Assembly: GCA_963662655.2 (NCBI GenBank)
Contig: CAXXTU010000002.1
Location: 1,280,001 to 1,344,000 of the forward strand
DNA from: Candidatus Cloacimonadales bacterium
GTDB taxonomy: Bacteria > Cloacimonadota > Cloacimonadia > Cloacimonadales > JAIOQZ01
Reading direction: 5' to 3'
Length of the DNA: 64,000 bases
Shown piece by piece: positions 31,801-41,913 of this stretch. The notes beneath the pieces were generated by a model. The model was given only the letters and a program-made list of their open reading frames with translations. It did no database searches and was not told where the DNA came from. Position numbers and translations under genes: made by a program. Positions within the stretch are counted from its first letter, which is position 1, and each line of letters starts with the position of its first letter.

Positions 31801-33714
31801 CGATACATTAACCGCCAAGGCACCAGCTCCGCCAGCGCTGCCAGCGCTCCGCGACCGGGGTATAACAGCGCCACCACCGACATCGGTGGCGCTGCCGGTT
31901 GTGGATGGCGAGGTTATCCAGGACGATGCACACAGCTTTAACAACCGGTATCACGATCGAGCCAGGTTAAAGGGGGCTCTCTGTGAGAAGATCGAGTTGC
32001 TTGTGGCGAAATCTAAAAGCAGGATGGAAGGCTGGAAGCAGGTAACCGAGTTTTACAATGCTGGGCTGCTGATGCCAGAGGTGTACGAGAATGAAGGTAA
32101 ACGATCGGAAGCTGCCCTGCGCAAATGGCTGAAAGACTATCTGAAATCCGGACGAGATTACATGGCGCTGATGCCGAAGTACCAGGTCGGCAAGGGCGCA
32201 TCCATCACCGAATTCGAGGAGAAGGTCATGTTGGCCGGACTACTCGGAAAGGATGCTGATAACTGTCGAACTGTCGGATCGGTGATTGCCCGGCTCAAGC
32301 AGCATTGCCACCTCGTGAAGATTGGAGAAGTACCGGACACCATCGAGATCAACGGCAAAGCCTATCAGGTAATCAGCCCTTCATCGGCGGCAACGCTCAG
32401 ACGCTGGGCAGATCAATTCAAGCGACACCATCGAGGCGAGTGGATTCTCAAGCGGCATGGCGAAAAAGCGCTCAAGGACACCTTCCTGCCAAGCATCTTG
32501 CGTGACGATAGCGATATCAAGCCCGGTGACGTGTGGATTTCGGACGGTCACACGCTCAACTTCATGGTGATCGATCCGGACTCAGGCAAGCCACGCCGCC
32601 TGAACCTCATCGCCTTCTTTGACTGGGCATCGCGCATGATCGTGGGTGCTACAGTCGATTGGACTGAAAGCACGCAGGCGATTGCAGACGCCTTTCGCAA
32701 CGGTGTGTTGTACACAGGATACACGCCAAAGCTGGTCTATGTCGATAATGGCAAGGCGTATCGATCGAAGTATTTCGGCGGCATCTCCCTGGCGCGTTAT
32801 GAAGCTCAAGTAACCGGAATCTTTGCACGGCTGGGCGTGGAGCTGTCCTTTGCGATACCCTACAACGCGCGAACCAAGATCATCGAACGCTATTTCGAGA
32901 CGCTGAACAACCAGTTCGAGAAGTGGATGCCCGGCTATTGTGGTGAGTCTATAGACAAAAAGCCAGCGAGAATGCGCAGAAATGAGAAATTGATGCAAAG
33001 CTACAGCGTCAAAGACATTCTCACAGTAGAGCAGGCTATTCTGGCGCTTGAGGGCTGGAATCTCAAATACTACGGACTGAGCTACCACAGAGGAATCAAG
33101 GCGCGACCTATGGAAGTGCTTGAGTCAGCGAATATCCCGCCATCGCGTCATATCTCGGAGGAACGCCTGAACCATTGCATGTTGGTAAGTGATGATCGCA
33201 TCATGAACAAGGAAGGCGTCCAGCTTCACGGCATCCTCTACTGGGATGCCAACATGCTTGATTACGTAGGCAACAAGCTGACGCTCCGCTATTCAATCCG
33301 CGATCGCCGCTATGTGAAGGTCTATAACAAGCGTGGTGATTATATAGCAACAGCAAGGGCTCGCGACCATGTACACGCGATGGTCAAGCTGTCTGATGAT
33401 GCGCTCAAAGACGGCAAGAAGCTCCAGAAACAAATCAAAGAGATCAAACGTCATCAGAGACGTATAAAGGAATCGACCGCTGCCATAGCTGAACAAACCA
33501 ATTCGGTGCCTGAACTGATCGATCCGCAGAATATCAAGCAACTGATGCAGAATCCGGATCCGATACCTGCACCACCTGAGCAAGTCGAGAAAGAGCGCGA
33601 AAACGTTACAGACATCTCTCGCCTGCTGCAGGAGATAAATGTCGAAGAAGCTGATATTGAAAGACCGCAAGAAAGTGAAATGGAACGAATGATAAAAACG
33701 ATGGGAGTAAAAGG

Positions 33715-34476
33715 ATGAATGATGTTTTAATAGCAACCGAGAACACGAAATTTGCAGACAAGCTGCTCTACAATGTTGGAAAGCAACCTGAAGGCTCAAT
33801 TGTTGTTATAATCGGTGATCCCGGAACTGGAAAGACTTTTTACGCTAAACATAAAGCATATACCAATGGATGGATATACCAGTGTGTAAAGGCGACAGAA
33901 TTGCCGAAATCGTTTTTGCAGGGTGTTCATAGCAGATTGAGCTTCTTGATACACGGCAAAGATTCCCATCCTCGAGGAAACACTCCTGAGCTTCAGGAGG
34001 CATGCAACAAGATGTTTCAACATCCGAAGGTTGCGAACAAGGTCTTTGTCTTTGACGAGATCAACCTTCTTATTCAATTCCGCAAATGGGGCATTCTTGA
34101 GATTATTCGTCAATTTCGCGATATCGCTGGTGCAACAATCATGATGATCGGTGAAAACGACTCAAAGGGACTGATAACAGCATACAACGAGCATTATTTC
34201 AGTCGCTGTAAATTTGTTGAATTTTCAATTCTTTCGATCGCTGACCTGATCAGAATTATTAAGGGTCGAAGTGAGCTTGAATTTGATAACGCCACAGCCG
34301 AATATCTGATTTCGAATGAGACGAAAGATGAGAAAGGTAAAAGCAAGAATGAGTGCCATGGGTCTGTAAGAATTGCAACAGACAGGTTGGAGATTCTTGA
34401 GCAGGAAGCGCGACGTCAGGGAAAGGCAAGAATCATTTTTGAAGAAGTGAAAGGTGTCACCTATGCCGCAATCTGA
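33715..34476 (+). CDS. MuB-like AAA+ transposition ATPase
   Basis: Walker A GDPGTGKT, Walker B VFVFDE, FSR arginine finger; ATGA overlap with the transposase. Confidence 0.85.
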   Translation: MNDVLIATENTKFADKLLYNVGKQPEGSIVVIIGDPGTGKTFYAKHKAYTNGWIYQCVKATELPKSFLQGVHSRLSFLIHGKDSHPRGNTPELQEACNKMFQHPKVANKVFVFDEINLLIQFRKWGILEIIRQFRDIAGATIMMIGENDSKGLITAYNEHYFSRCKFVEFSILSIADLIRIIKGRSELEFDNATAEYLISNETKDEKGKSKNECHGSVRIATDRLEILEQEARRQGKARIIFEEVKGVTYAAI

Positions 34477-34933
34477 AATGACGCAAACTGACCTGATCAA
34501 GAACTTTGCATTCTGTTCGCAGAAACCCTTCACCACGAATGATGTAGTCGAGTTCTGCGGAGTGAAAGAGCGTTATGCCAGGCTGCTTTTGAAGCGCTTG
34601 GTTGATAAAGGCGACCTGAGCATATCTAAAATCGGTGCTCATGGTGCTAATGTATATGTCTGGGGCGTAAAAGGTGAAGTCAAGAAATCACCTTCCTACG
34701 AGATCATCTATAACATCCTCTTCAGCAATCATAAATGGCTTAGGAAAGAAGAGCTTATCGAGAAAACCGGGCTGGCAGAGGCAACGATTGAACGCTGGTT
34801 GCCAGCACTTTTAACCGAGAATGCTGTTATTGCGAAGTACGTCGATGGCAATCTGGCATATTATACAGCCGTTCCCGAAGCCGACTTAACCACTATCAAA
34901 CCACTGAGGGAATATGGCATACGCAATGACTAA
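34463..34933 (+). CDS. phage winged-HTH protein
   Basis: Two HTH-like segments (TTNDVVEFCGVKERYARLLL; KEELIEKTGLAEATIERWL). Confidence 0.6.
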   Translation: MPQSEMTQTDLIKNFAFCSQKPFTTNDVVEFCGVKERYARLLLKRLVDKGDLSISKIGAHGANVYVWGVKGEVKKSPSYEIIYNILFSNHKWLRKEELIEKTGLAEATIERWLPALLTENAVIAKYVDGNLAYYTAVPEADLTTIKPLREYGIRND

Positions 34934-35438
34934 GAAGCAACTTGCTTACGCAAAGCAACTGCGATCCAATATCATGGCGATATCCAAGACGCAGCCTCCG
35001 TGGAACCAATACGATATCCACGACCTGATGTCAGATTGGGGCTTTGGCAGTTCGCTGCGAGCTCTCTCGATCGACGATTTGCACGAACTCAAGGAACTGC
35101 TCTCAGGGCAATACAAGCCGCATTATACGCCCCTGATGAAAGAGTTCATGAACTATGCACAGAAGACGGATACAGGATTGAAAGCCAGCTCCAGCCAAGT
35201 GAACTATATCTGCATTCTGGCAGGCGGTTACAGTTGGTATAGTAGAATGCGCAGATCGAAGTGGGATGAGAAGTTCCGAGACTGGCTGAAGAAATACGCT
35301 AAGACGGATAATCCCGTGTTTATAACGCCTGATAAGGCAAGGAAGACGATCTACATGCTCGAACGCGAGTTATGGACTACATTTGGCGATTTCGCATTCA
35401 CCCAGATTACAGGCAAACAATATCAAGGAAAGAGATAA
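34926..35438 (+). CDS. GemA/gp16-like phage regulatory protein
   Basis: SSLRALSIDDLHELKELL, SSQVNYI and LKKYAKTD...ITPDKARKTIYML resemble the Mu GemA/DUF1018 family; position fits. Confidence 0.55.
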   Translation: MTKKQLAYAKQLRSNIMAISKTQPPWNQYDIHDLMSDWGFGSSLRALSIDDLHELKELLSGQYKPHYTPLMKEFMNYAQKTDTGLKASSSQVNYICILAGGYSWYSRMRRSKWDEKFRDWLKKYAKTDNPVFITPDKARKTIYMLERELWTTFGDFAFTQITGKQYQGKR

Positions 35439-35450
35439 GGAGATCAAGGC

Positions 35451-35657
35451 ATGTGCAAACTATTTCGAGAAGATCGAGGGTACTCACCTGTTGAAATCGC
35501 AGAAAGGCTTCCCTGTGGCAAGAAAACAGTCTATCGAATGATAAACAATGTCGAAGACCCTCTTCCAGCATACAGATTGAATGGAATGCTACGGGTTCTC
35601 GGCAAAGACCTGAATGTCTATATGGAAAATCATAGAGTGGAGCCCGAGAATGAGTAG
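35451..35657 (+). CDS. excisionase-like HTH_17 DNA-binding protein
   Basis: YSPVEIAERLPCGKKTVYRMI...LPAYRL...LRV. Confidence 0.75.
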   Translation: MCKLFREDRGYSPVEIAERLPCGKKTVYRMINNVEDPLPAYRLNGMLRVLGKDLNVYMENHRVEPENE

Positions 35658-36102
35658 TATCAAGAACAAGCTGAACCTGGAGACAATGCGAGATCTCGCT
35701 TACACCATGTATATTGCAGGTGTCCCGATAGACACGATCGCAGCTTCATTCAAGCGTTCCACCAGGACAATTCACGGCTGGCGAAAAAAGTATTCCTGGG
35801 ACACGGACATCGAGGACATGCGAGTGATCGACAAAAAGATCCAATTCGCAGCCAAGAAAGCCCTTCTTCGAACGCTCGAGGAGTATGAGAAGAACCCGCG
35901 AGATGTCGATCTCAAGCTACTTGTGAACCAACTGAGAGAAAACACAAAGCAGGCTGATCCGAAGCAGTATGTCGAAGAGACCTTGAAAAAGTACGTCAGC
36001 ATGACGGTGAAGTTCTTTATTGTCAAAGGTCTGGACGATCTCAGACAGGGATTCCAGCAGAACCTTCACGAGATATCCGAGTACATCGCGGAGAATCTGT
36101 GA
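35650..36102 (+). CDS. putative terminase small subunit (DUF1804-like)
   Basis: N-terminal HTH (LAYTMYIAG...TIAASFKRSTRTIHGWRKKYSWD), directly before the large terminase. Confidence 0.65.
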   Translation: MSSIKNKLNLETMRDLAYTMYIAGVPIDTIAASFKRSTRTIHGWRKKYSWDTDIEDMRVIDKKIQFAAKKALLRTLEEYEKNPRDVDLKLLVNQLRENTKQADPKQYVEETLKKYVSMTVKFFIVKGLDDLRQGFQQNLHEISEYIAENL

Positions 36103-36570
36103 TGTATAAGTTCACGAAAGGCTTCAGGAATTACCTCGATGAGATCGCTTCTCTGACTCCCACCATCGAGCCGTTTGTTGACGACTCTCCTGCGAAAAAG
36201 AGTAAGCGAATCAAGCGCGTAACCGGTGAGGGTTGGAAGGCATTCAAAGAGTTCTCTGAGAGCTATTTCCCACACATCTTCAGGCTGAGTTTCTGCGATG
36301 ACCACGAGGAAATGTTCAATCTCATCGAACAACACACCGGGCTGATGGCAATCACAGGCTTTCGAGGATTTGGGAAAACTGTTTTAATGGGTGTTGTTTA
36401 CCCGATCTGGAAGGTCATCAAGGGCGAGCGATATGTTATCAATGTTGCGGCTGATATCGATCTCGCAAAGGAACGCTCTGAGTTCATGCTTTCCGAGCTG
36501 ACGAACAATCGGCGTCTGCTGGCGGACTTCCCTGATCTCGAACCAGATGGAACAGATGAAGAGAACTTCT
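36099..36570 (+). pseudogene. terminase large subunit N-terminal fragment, truncated by ISL3
   Basis: SYFPHIF and Walker A FRGFGKT; the reading frame runs into the ISL3 IR at 36571. Confidence 0.78.
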
Positions 36571-37917
36571 GGCACTGTTGCATATTAAGTGGGTGAATGG
36601 GTATTCAGATATCCGCAACATTGCAGAACCTTCAATCTGAAGTATGAGAAGTCCTTGTATCCATACGCTCTCTTTATAATGGTTCGAATGACGTTGTTAA
36701 CCGCTTCTGCCTTGGCATTCGTGATTCTATGCTTGAACCAGTTCAACACAATATGCAATCTCTTCATAATCGTTCTTGCAAGTGCCTTCAGTGGCTCGAA
36801 GACGGTTTTCTGAATAACTCTGCACCACTCTTCAATCATCGGCTTCGCTTCTTCTTGCGTAATATCGTCTTCGAAAATCGATAGTAAATCTTCTTTGAGC
36901 AAATAGGCTTCGTAAAGGGGATGATTTAGCGTCTCCAGTTTCTTGAGTCGGGCTTGATGGTTTTCTTTGTGATTGTGTTTTCTGGTCAAAACCAACCACC
37001 GGTCGTGTTTCTTGCTCTGACGCAACTTGTCAGATTCAAAATCTCTCTGAAGTTCTCGTCGTACTTCTTCCACTTTCCTGTTGACCAGGCGGCTGAAATG
37101 GAAACGATCAAATACGATCATATCGGCACTCCAACACTCGGAAACAGCGCCGATATATGAACCACTGAAATCCATTGTTACGGTATCAATCCAGCGGAGT
37201 CGTCGTTCGTATTTTCGAAACAACTCCTTCGCACTTTCTTTCGATTTGCCCATTGTCAGGTCGATCACACGCCCGTCCTCATGGTTTGTGATAACCGTTG
37301 CATACTTATGCCTTCGCTTATAACCAATCTCGTCAATTGCAATCTGATCGACATTCGGAACTCGTCCTCTATAACCCTTTTCCAACTTGGATAACTCAAT
37401 TTTGTCGATTCGATAAATCGTACTCCGATCCACACCGAATATCCGTGCTACAGAAGCATTGTCTGAACGAAGCGTGAACTGGAGAACCTTATTGCCGAAG
37501 TCTTTAGAGTGTCGATTGAGACCCTCGGCAATATCCTGTTGTTCAGTTTTCACTCCACACTGAGCGCAGTTGATCCGGCGAAGCGTCAGCACAAGTACTA
37601 CGGGACGACAGGATATGGATGCATGAAGAATTTTGCGGACTCGATGATCATAAACTGTTCCCACAATACCGCATGTAGGACAACGTGGCTCATCTTCCTT
37701 TCGAACATGGACTTCAATGCATGGATAAGTTTGATACGTACCTTCGATTATCTGGTCGGCAGAATAACCTTGCAAAGCCAACAACGTTTTACAGACTTGT
37801 TTTCTGAGAGGATCATTCATCTCTATCTCCTTGTTGTGGTGATTAGGAGATTGTACGAGATCGGGTGATTCCTCTCAATCTTTTTTTCGACTTACCCACT
37901 AAGTTTGCAACAGTCCC
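36571..37917 (-). mobile_element. ISL3-family insertion sequence (1347 bp)
   Basis: IRs GGCACTGTTGCATATTAAGTGGGT / GGGACTGTTGCAAACTTAGTGGGT; no matching flanking duplication. Confidence 0.92.
36585..37820 (-). CDS. ISL3 transposase
   Basis: Zinc finger CPTCG...CAQCG, IAIDE, VTMDFS, FDRFH and TNAKAEAVNNVIRTIIKRAYGYKDF. Confidence 0.95.
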   Translation of the reverse strand: MNDPLRKQVCKTLLALQGYSADQIIEGTYQTYPCIEVHVRKEDEPRCPTCGIVGTVYDHRVRKILHASISCRPVVLVLTLRRINCAQCGVKTEQQDIAEGLNRHSKDFGNKVLQFTLRSDNASVARIFGVDRSTIYRIDKIELSKLEKGYRGRVPNVDQIAIDEIGYKRRHKYATVITNHEDGRVIDLTMGKSKESAKELFRKYERRLRWIDTVTMDFSGSYIGAVSECWSADMIVFDRFHFSRLVNRKVEEVRRELQRDFESDKLRQSKKHDRWLVLTRKHNHKENHQARLKKLETLNHPLYEAYLLKEDLLSIFEDDITQEEAKPMIEEWCRVIQKTVFEPLKALARTIMKRLHIVLNWFKHRITNAKAEAVNNVIRTIIKRAYGYKDFSYFRLKVLQCCGYLNTHSPT

Positions 37918-38073
37918 ATAATATATACAGCGTTTTTTCATTTAAGGGATTAATGATGGTTAAAAATGCTGATTTTCGAATCGAGATTGTGTTCGTAAAC
38001 ATCGAAGGTTGGGTTCCGCAAGATCACATACCCCGTGTAAATGATCGACCGTAGTTTTCGGCTTCATTCACGA

Positions 38074-38097
38074 AAAAACCGCCCCGCGCGCGGAGCT
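38074..38097 (-). terminator. intrinsic terminator of the Wsp-like operon
   Basis: Minus strand gctccgc-gc-gcggggc followed by ggtttttt, about 10 nt after the stop at 38108. Confidence 0.6.
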
Positions 38098-38107
38098 GAC
38101 GAACAAT

Positions 38108-39322
38108 TCAAAGCCTGATCATCACCAGCGAAAAATCGTCCTCGAAACTCTCGGAGCCATTCAGTTCAATCATCCGACTCCGGATACCGGCAAGCCGGTC
38201 GCTTCCCTGTCCCGCGCTCTCCCCGACGATCTTCACGAAGTCGTCGTACTCCACCATCTCGTCGGTAGCCTGATCGACGATTTCGTAGACTCCGTCGCTG
38301 AACACAAACAGCCTGTTCTCCTTGCCCACGATAACAGAAGAAGCCTGGAAGAGAATTCCGGGCATTCCGCCTATGACCATTCCCTTTGTCGTAAGCAAAT
38401 CCGTCTTCTTTTCGCTTTCGGAATCGCCGTGAATGAGAATCGCGGCAGGATGTCCTCCGCTCGCATACTTCAGCAGCCTGCTCTCCGCGTGAAAAACACC
38501 GTACCACATGGTGAAGAACTTGTCGCCCTGCTTCTCCATGGGAAAAGCCTCGTTCAATGCGCAAAGCACCTGATCCGGTTCCCGGAAATCCGTATTGGGC
38601 AGCGATTGCGACCGAAGCACATTCATCACGGACACTGAAAGTAGCGCAGCGCCGACTCCGTGACCGCATACATCGAGCAGATATATTGCATAGTGTTCGG
38701 CATCGAGGGGGTGGTAACCAAAGGTGTCGCCGCCCAGGGAGCTGGACGGAATAAATATCCAGTTCGTCTTCACCGGTTCCTCGATCTCCGGCGGCAACAG
38801 CGAAATCACGTATTCCGCGGCCTCACTGAGTTCCGCCGCAAGCGCTTGCCTGCTCTGAAGCAGCGCATTGTATGCCTCGTCTCTTTCCAACAGATGAATG
38901 TACCCGCTTGAATGATAACGAATACGCGCCAGAATCTCCAGCTTGTCCGGCAGCTTGACCATATAGTCGTTCGCTCCCAGTTCGAAGGCCTTGGCCTTGG
39001 TCTCGGGTTCTTCCTTGGATGAAAGCACGATCAACGGTATCCGCTTCGTTGCCGGATTCGCGCGGTAGAATTTGACCAGCGTCAGGCCATCGATCTTAGG
39101 CATAACCAGATCCTGCAGAATCACGGTTGGCTTGAATTCTGTAGCCTGCTTTATCGCCTGCGCAGGATCGTCGCAATGCGTGAACTCGATATCGCTCTGA
39201 TCCGCCAGCATCCTGCGAACGGTTTCGCCGATTATTCTCTGATCGTCCACAAGCAAAACCCTTATTGCGTGCGGATTCCAGGCTTTTTCTTCCTGTATGG
39301 CTTTTACGGTCTCTTCTCCCAT
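38108..39322 (-). CDS. response regulator: WspR-like receiver fused to PP2C/SpoIIE phosphatase
   Basis: VLLVDDQ...KPTVILQDLVMP...GANDYMVKLPD...ARIRYHS receiver; LGGD, DVCGHG, FSDG and DDFS PP2C motifs. Confidence 0.9.
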   Translation of the reverse strand: MGEETVKAIQEEKAWNPHAIRVLLVDDQRIIGETVRRMLADQSDIEFTHCDDPAQAIKQATEFKPTVILQDLVMPKIDGLTLVKFYRANPATKRIPLIVLSSKEEPETKAKAFELGANDYMVKLPDKLEILARIRYHSSGYIHLLERDEAYNALLQSRQALAAELSEAAEYVISLLPPEIEEPVKTNWIFIPSSSLGGDTFGYHPLDAEHYAIYLLDVCGHGVGAALLSVSVMNVLRSQSLPNTDFREPDQVLCALNEAFPMEKQGDKFFTMWYGVFHAESRLLKYASGGHPAAILIHGDSESEKKTDLLTTKGMVIGGMPGILFQASSVIVGKENRLFVFSDGVYEIVDQATDEMVEYDDFVKIVGESAGQGSDRLAGIRSRMIELNGSESFEDDFSLVMIRL

Positions 39323-39336
39323 TTCTTTCTCCAGCG

Positions 39337-41913
39337 TTAAATCGTTTCAAGAAGTTCTCTCACCACCCGGATGAAATCCTCTCCCTGAAAATCACCTTTG
39401 TTCATGTAGCGATCGGCTCCAGCGCCCATGCCGCGCACCCGGTCTTCGTCCCGATCCTTGTACGAAAGCATGATCACGGGGATCGCGCTTCGCTTGGGAT
39501 CGCGCTTCACACGTTCCACGAGCTCGAATCCGTTCATTCTCGGCATGTCGACATCCGATATCAGGAGATCGTAGCTCCCGGCGCGGAACTTGTTCCATCC
39601 CTCCATGCCGTCGGCCGCGGTTTCTACCGTGAATCCCGATTCGACCAACACCTTCTTTTCCATCTCTCGCACGGTCGGTGAATCATCCACGACCAGGATT
39701 TTGTGCGCCTGCTCGCGAGAAACCTTCTCCGCGTCGCGGATGTGTCCCGAAGCAGAGCTCAGCATCGCTTTCATCGCAAGCGTCAGGTCATCCATGTCGA
39801 TCACGAGCACTACCTCTCCATGACGCGTCATGGAGGTTGCAGCAATATTCTGCACCTTGCCCAGTCGCTTGTCCATAGGACTCACCACGATGTCCCGCTC
39901 GATGATCAACCGATCGAGCGTCAGCCCCACCGGCTCCCCCATGATCCGAATGACAATGATATAGCGCTGCGAATCGCAGTGGATGTTATCCCCGAATAAA
40001 ACCTTCGCCCCGGTCATCAGGCGTATCTTTTCGCCTCCGAACTCGTAAAAATCACAGCTTTCTCCCGTGATCTCGCTCGGCTCCAGTTCCAGAACCCTCT
40101 CGATCCTCGTTAGCGGGAAAGCGAAGATGCTGCCCATGATTTCGCACAGAAGAACGCGCACCACAGAAAGTGTCAACGGCAGCGTCATCGTGAAGCTCGT
40201 ACCTTCACCGGGGCTGGATTCGATATGAATCTCGCCCCCGACGCCTCGCACCATCGTCTGAACCACATCCATGCCAAAGCCTCTTCCTGAGGTCTCACTA
40301 ACCACCTCGCGCGTCGAGAATCCCGGCAGGAAAAGGAAATCGAGTATCTCGGACTCCGAAAGCCCCTGCATCAGATCGGCAGTAACAAGCCCTCGCTCGA
40401 TGGCACGATCCTTTATCTTCTCGATATCGATTCCATCGCCGTCGTCGGATACACTGATTTTGAGCATTCCGCCCTGGTGAATCGCAGACAGCGTTATCAA
40501 ACCGGTCGGTTCTTTCCCTTTCACTTTGCGCTTTTCGGGAACTTCGATCCCATGATCGACCGCGTTGCGGAGCAGATGCGTCAAGGGGGCCTCGAGCATC
40601 TGAAGAATATCCCGATCGACCTCCGTACGCTTCCCAACGACACGCAGCGTCACCTTTTTTCCGAGTGTCCGGGCAACTTCGCGCACCATTCGCGCGTAAC
40701 CCGCGAGTCCTTCCTCGAACGGCCTCATCCTAATATCTACAAGCTCGTTGTAGAGCCTTTCCGTGTGGGTATTCAGCGTGTTGTTGTGCTGGTCGAACAC
40801 TGCGATCAATTGATTGATGCTCTCCCCGAAGGAATTCATGGAATCATGGATGTCCGTGCGGTCCTCCGGCGGGAGCAGCTTCCTGCGCTCGAGTCGGGTA
40901 AAATGATTGCCGATACGGAAGAAGTCCGTCTTCGTCTTCAGGATGAGATTCGCGATACCCTCTCCCTCACGGGCCTCCACCATCGCCTGCCCGGCAAAAC
41001 TGAGCAACCGGTCGAGTTTCCGGGAAGTAACCCGCACAATGGATTCAAGTTCCTCTTTTTTATCGGCTGAAATCTGTTTTTCTTTCTTCCCTGTACTCGT
41101 GGTGGGAACTGCTGTTCCCCTCTGTTCTGTAAGTTTTCTTATGGCTCGGGCAAGCTCTTCTTTCTGCTCCGGTGAGAACGACTTCTTCGCCTTTGGCAGC
41201 AGGCTCTGGAACACATCAACCGCCTGAAACAGCAGATCGGCGTCACTCGCCGCAAAAGAAGCCTGCCCCTTGATCAACAGCGAAAAGAAGTCCTCCACAG
41301 CGTGCGCAAGCTGCACAATCTCGTCCAGTCCGGCGATCCGCGCAGCTCCCTTGATGGAGTGTGCCGCTCTCATGAGCGGTTCGCAGCCGTAATCGGGTTG
41401 CTGCTCCAAGACGAGAATGCCGTTGGAAAGCGTCTCCGAGTGCGTTTCCATCTCCACGAGGAAAAGCTCCATCATATCCTGATCGAGATTGGGTTGATCT
41501 TTTTCTTGCTCGGCGCTTTCCGCAGTAGATTCCGCTTGATGAAGCGTCGCAAGGTGGGATTCGGTCTGATCCAGCCACGCCTGACGCTCTTCCACAACAA
41601 CCTCGGGCTCCTCGCCAGTCATTCGCTCGAGCAATTGGATCCATTCTCGAGCAGGTTGCACCAGATTGAGTTTGATATCCTCAGCCTGCATCTTTCCCGA
41701 AGCATCCGCGAATCGCCCTGCAACCGCCTCGATCCGGCTCAAGCCCACCAGAGTCGCTGCCGTTTGCACGGACAGGCACAACTGCGAGAATCCCGCTACA
41801 TCCTGATCCGTCATTTCATCCCGAACAAGGCGTGAGATCATATCCCGCGCCTGCTCCAGGTAGCTGGCGACTTCAGACCGAAACAGCTCCATCATGGGCG
41901 ACAAATCGCTCAT
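39337..41913 (-). CDS. hybrid CheA-like kinase (WspE-like; Hpt-HATPase-CheW-REC)
   Basis: RAAHSIKGAAR Hpt, HLLRNAVDHGIE, GFST...SGRGFGMDVV, CheW domain and C-terminal receiver. Confidence 0.92.
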   Translation of the reverse strand: MSDLSPMMELFRSEVASYLEQARDMISRLVRDEMTDQDVAGFSQLCLSVQTAATLVGLSRIEAVAGRFADASGKMQAEDIKLNLVQPAREWIQLLERMTGEEPEVVVEERQAWLDQTESHLATLHQAESTAESAEQEKDQPNLDQDMMELFLVEMETHSETLSNGILVLEQQPDYGCEPLMRAAHSIKGAARIAGLDEIVQLAHAVEDFFSLLIKGQASFAASDADLLFQAVDVFQSLLPKAKKSFSPEQKEELARAIRKLTEQRGTAVPTTSTGKKEKQISADKKEELESIVRVTSRKLDRLLSFAGQAMVEAREGEGIANLILKTKTDFFRIGNHFTRLERRKLLPPEDRTDIHDSMNSFGESINQLIAVFDQHNNTLNTHTERLYNELVDIRMRPFEEGLAGYARMVREVARTLGKKVTLRVVGKRTEVDRDILQMLEAPLTHLLRNAVDHGIEVPEKRKVKGKEPTGLITLSAIHQGGMLKISVSDDGDGIDIEKIKDRAIERGLVTADLMQGLSESEILDFLFLPGFSTREVVSETSGRGFGMDVVQTMVRGVGGEIHIESSPGEGTSFTMTLPLTLSVVRVLLCEIMGSIFAFPLTRIERVLELEPSEITGESCDFYEFGGEKIRLMTGAKVLFGDNIHCDSQRYIIVIRIMGEPVGLTLDRLIIERDIVVSPMDKRLGKVQNIAATSMTRHGEVVLVIDMDDLTLAMKAMLSSASGHIRDAEKVSREQAHKILVVDDSPTVREMEKKVLVESGFTVETAADGMEGWNKFRAGSYDLLISDVDMPRMNGFELVERVKRDPKRSAIPVIMLSYKDRDEDRVRGMGAGADRYMNKGDFQGEDFIRVVRELLETI

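Larger units (their letters stand above)
30213..33718 (+). pseudogene. Mu-type DDE transposase (MuA-like), interrupted by IS3
   Basis: Joining 30213-30364 (MWYTTKEVAEKLG HTH) to 31702-33718 gives 2169 nt in frame (722 aa). DDE residues lie in WISDGH, YVDNGK and IIERYF. Confidence 0.9.
26244..36570. mobile_element. defective Mu-like (transposable) prophage region
   Basis: Order is end repeat, repressor, divergent early genes, DDE transposase, AAA ATPase, GemA-like, HTH, small terminase, truncated large terminase. Lower GC than the flanks; no structural genes. Confidence 0.88.

Noticed and set aside
38074..38100. ccgccccgcgcgcggagctg as a third copy of the four-way-junction element
   Set aside because: The resemblance is short. 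It is fully explained as a hairpin plus U-tract terminator right after the PP2C gene.
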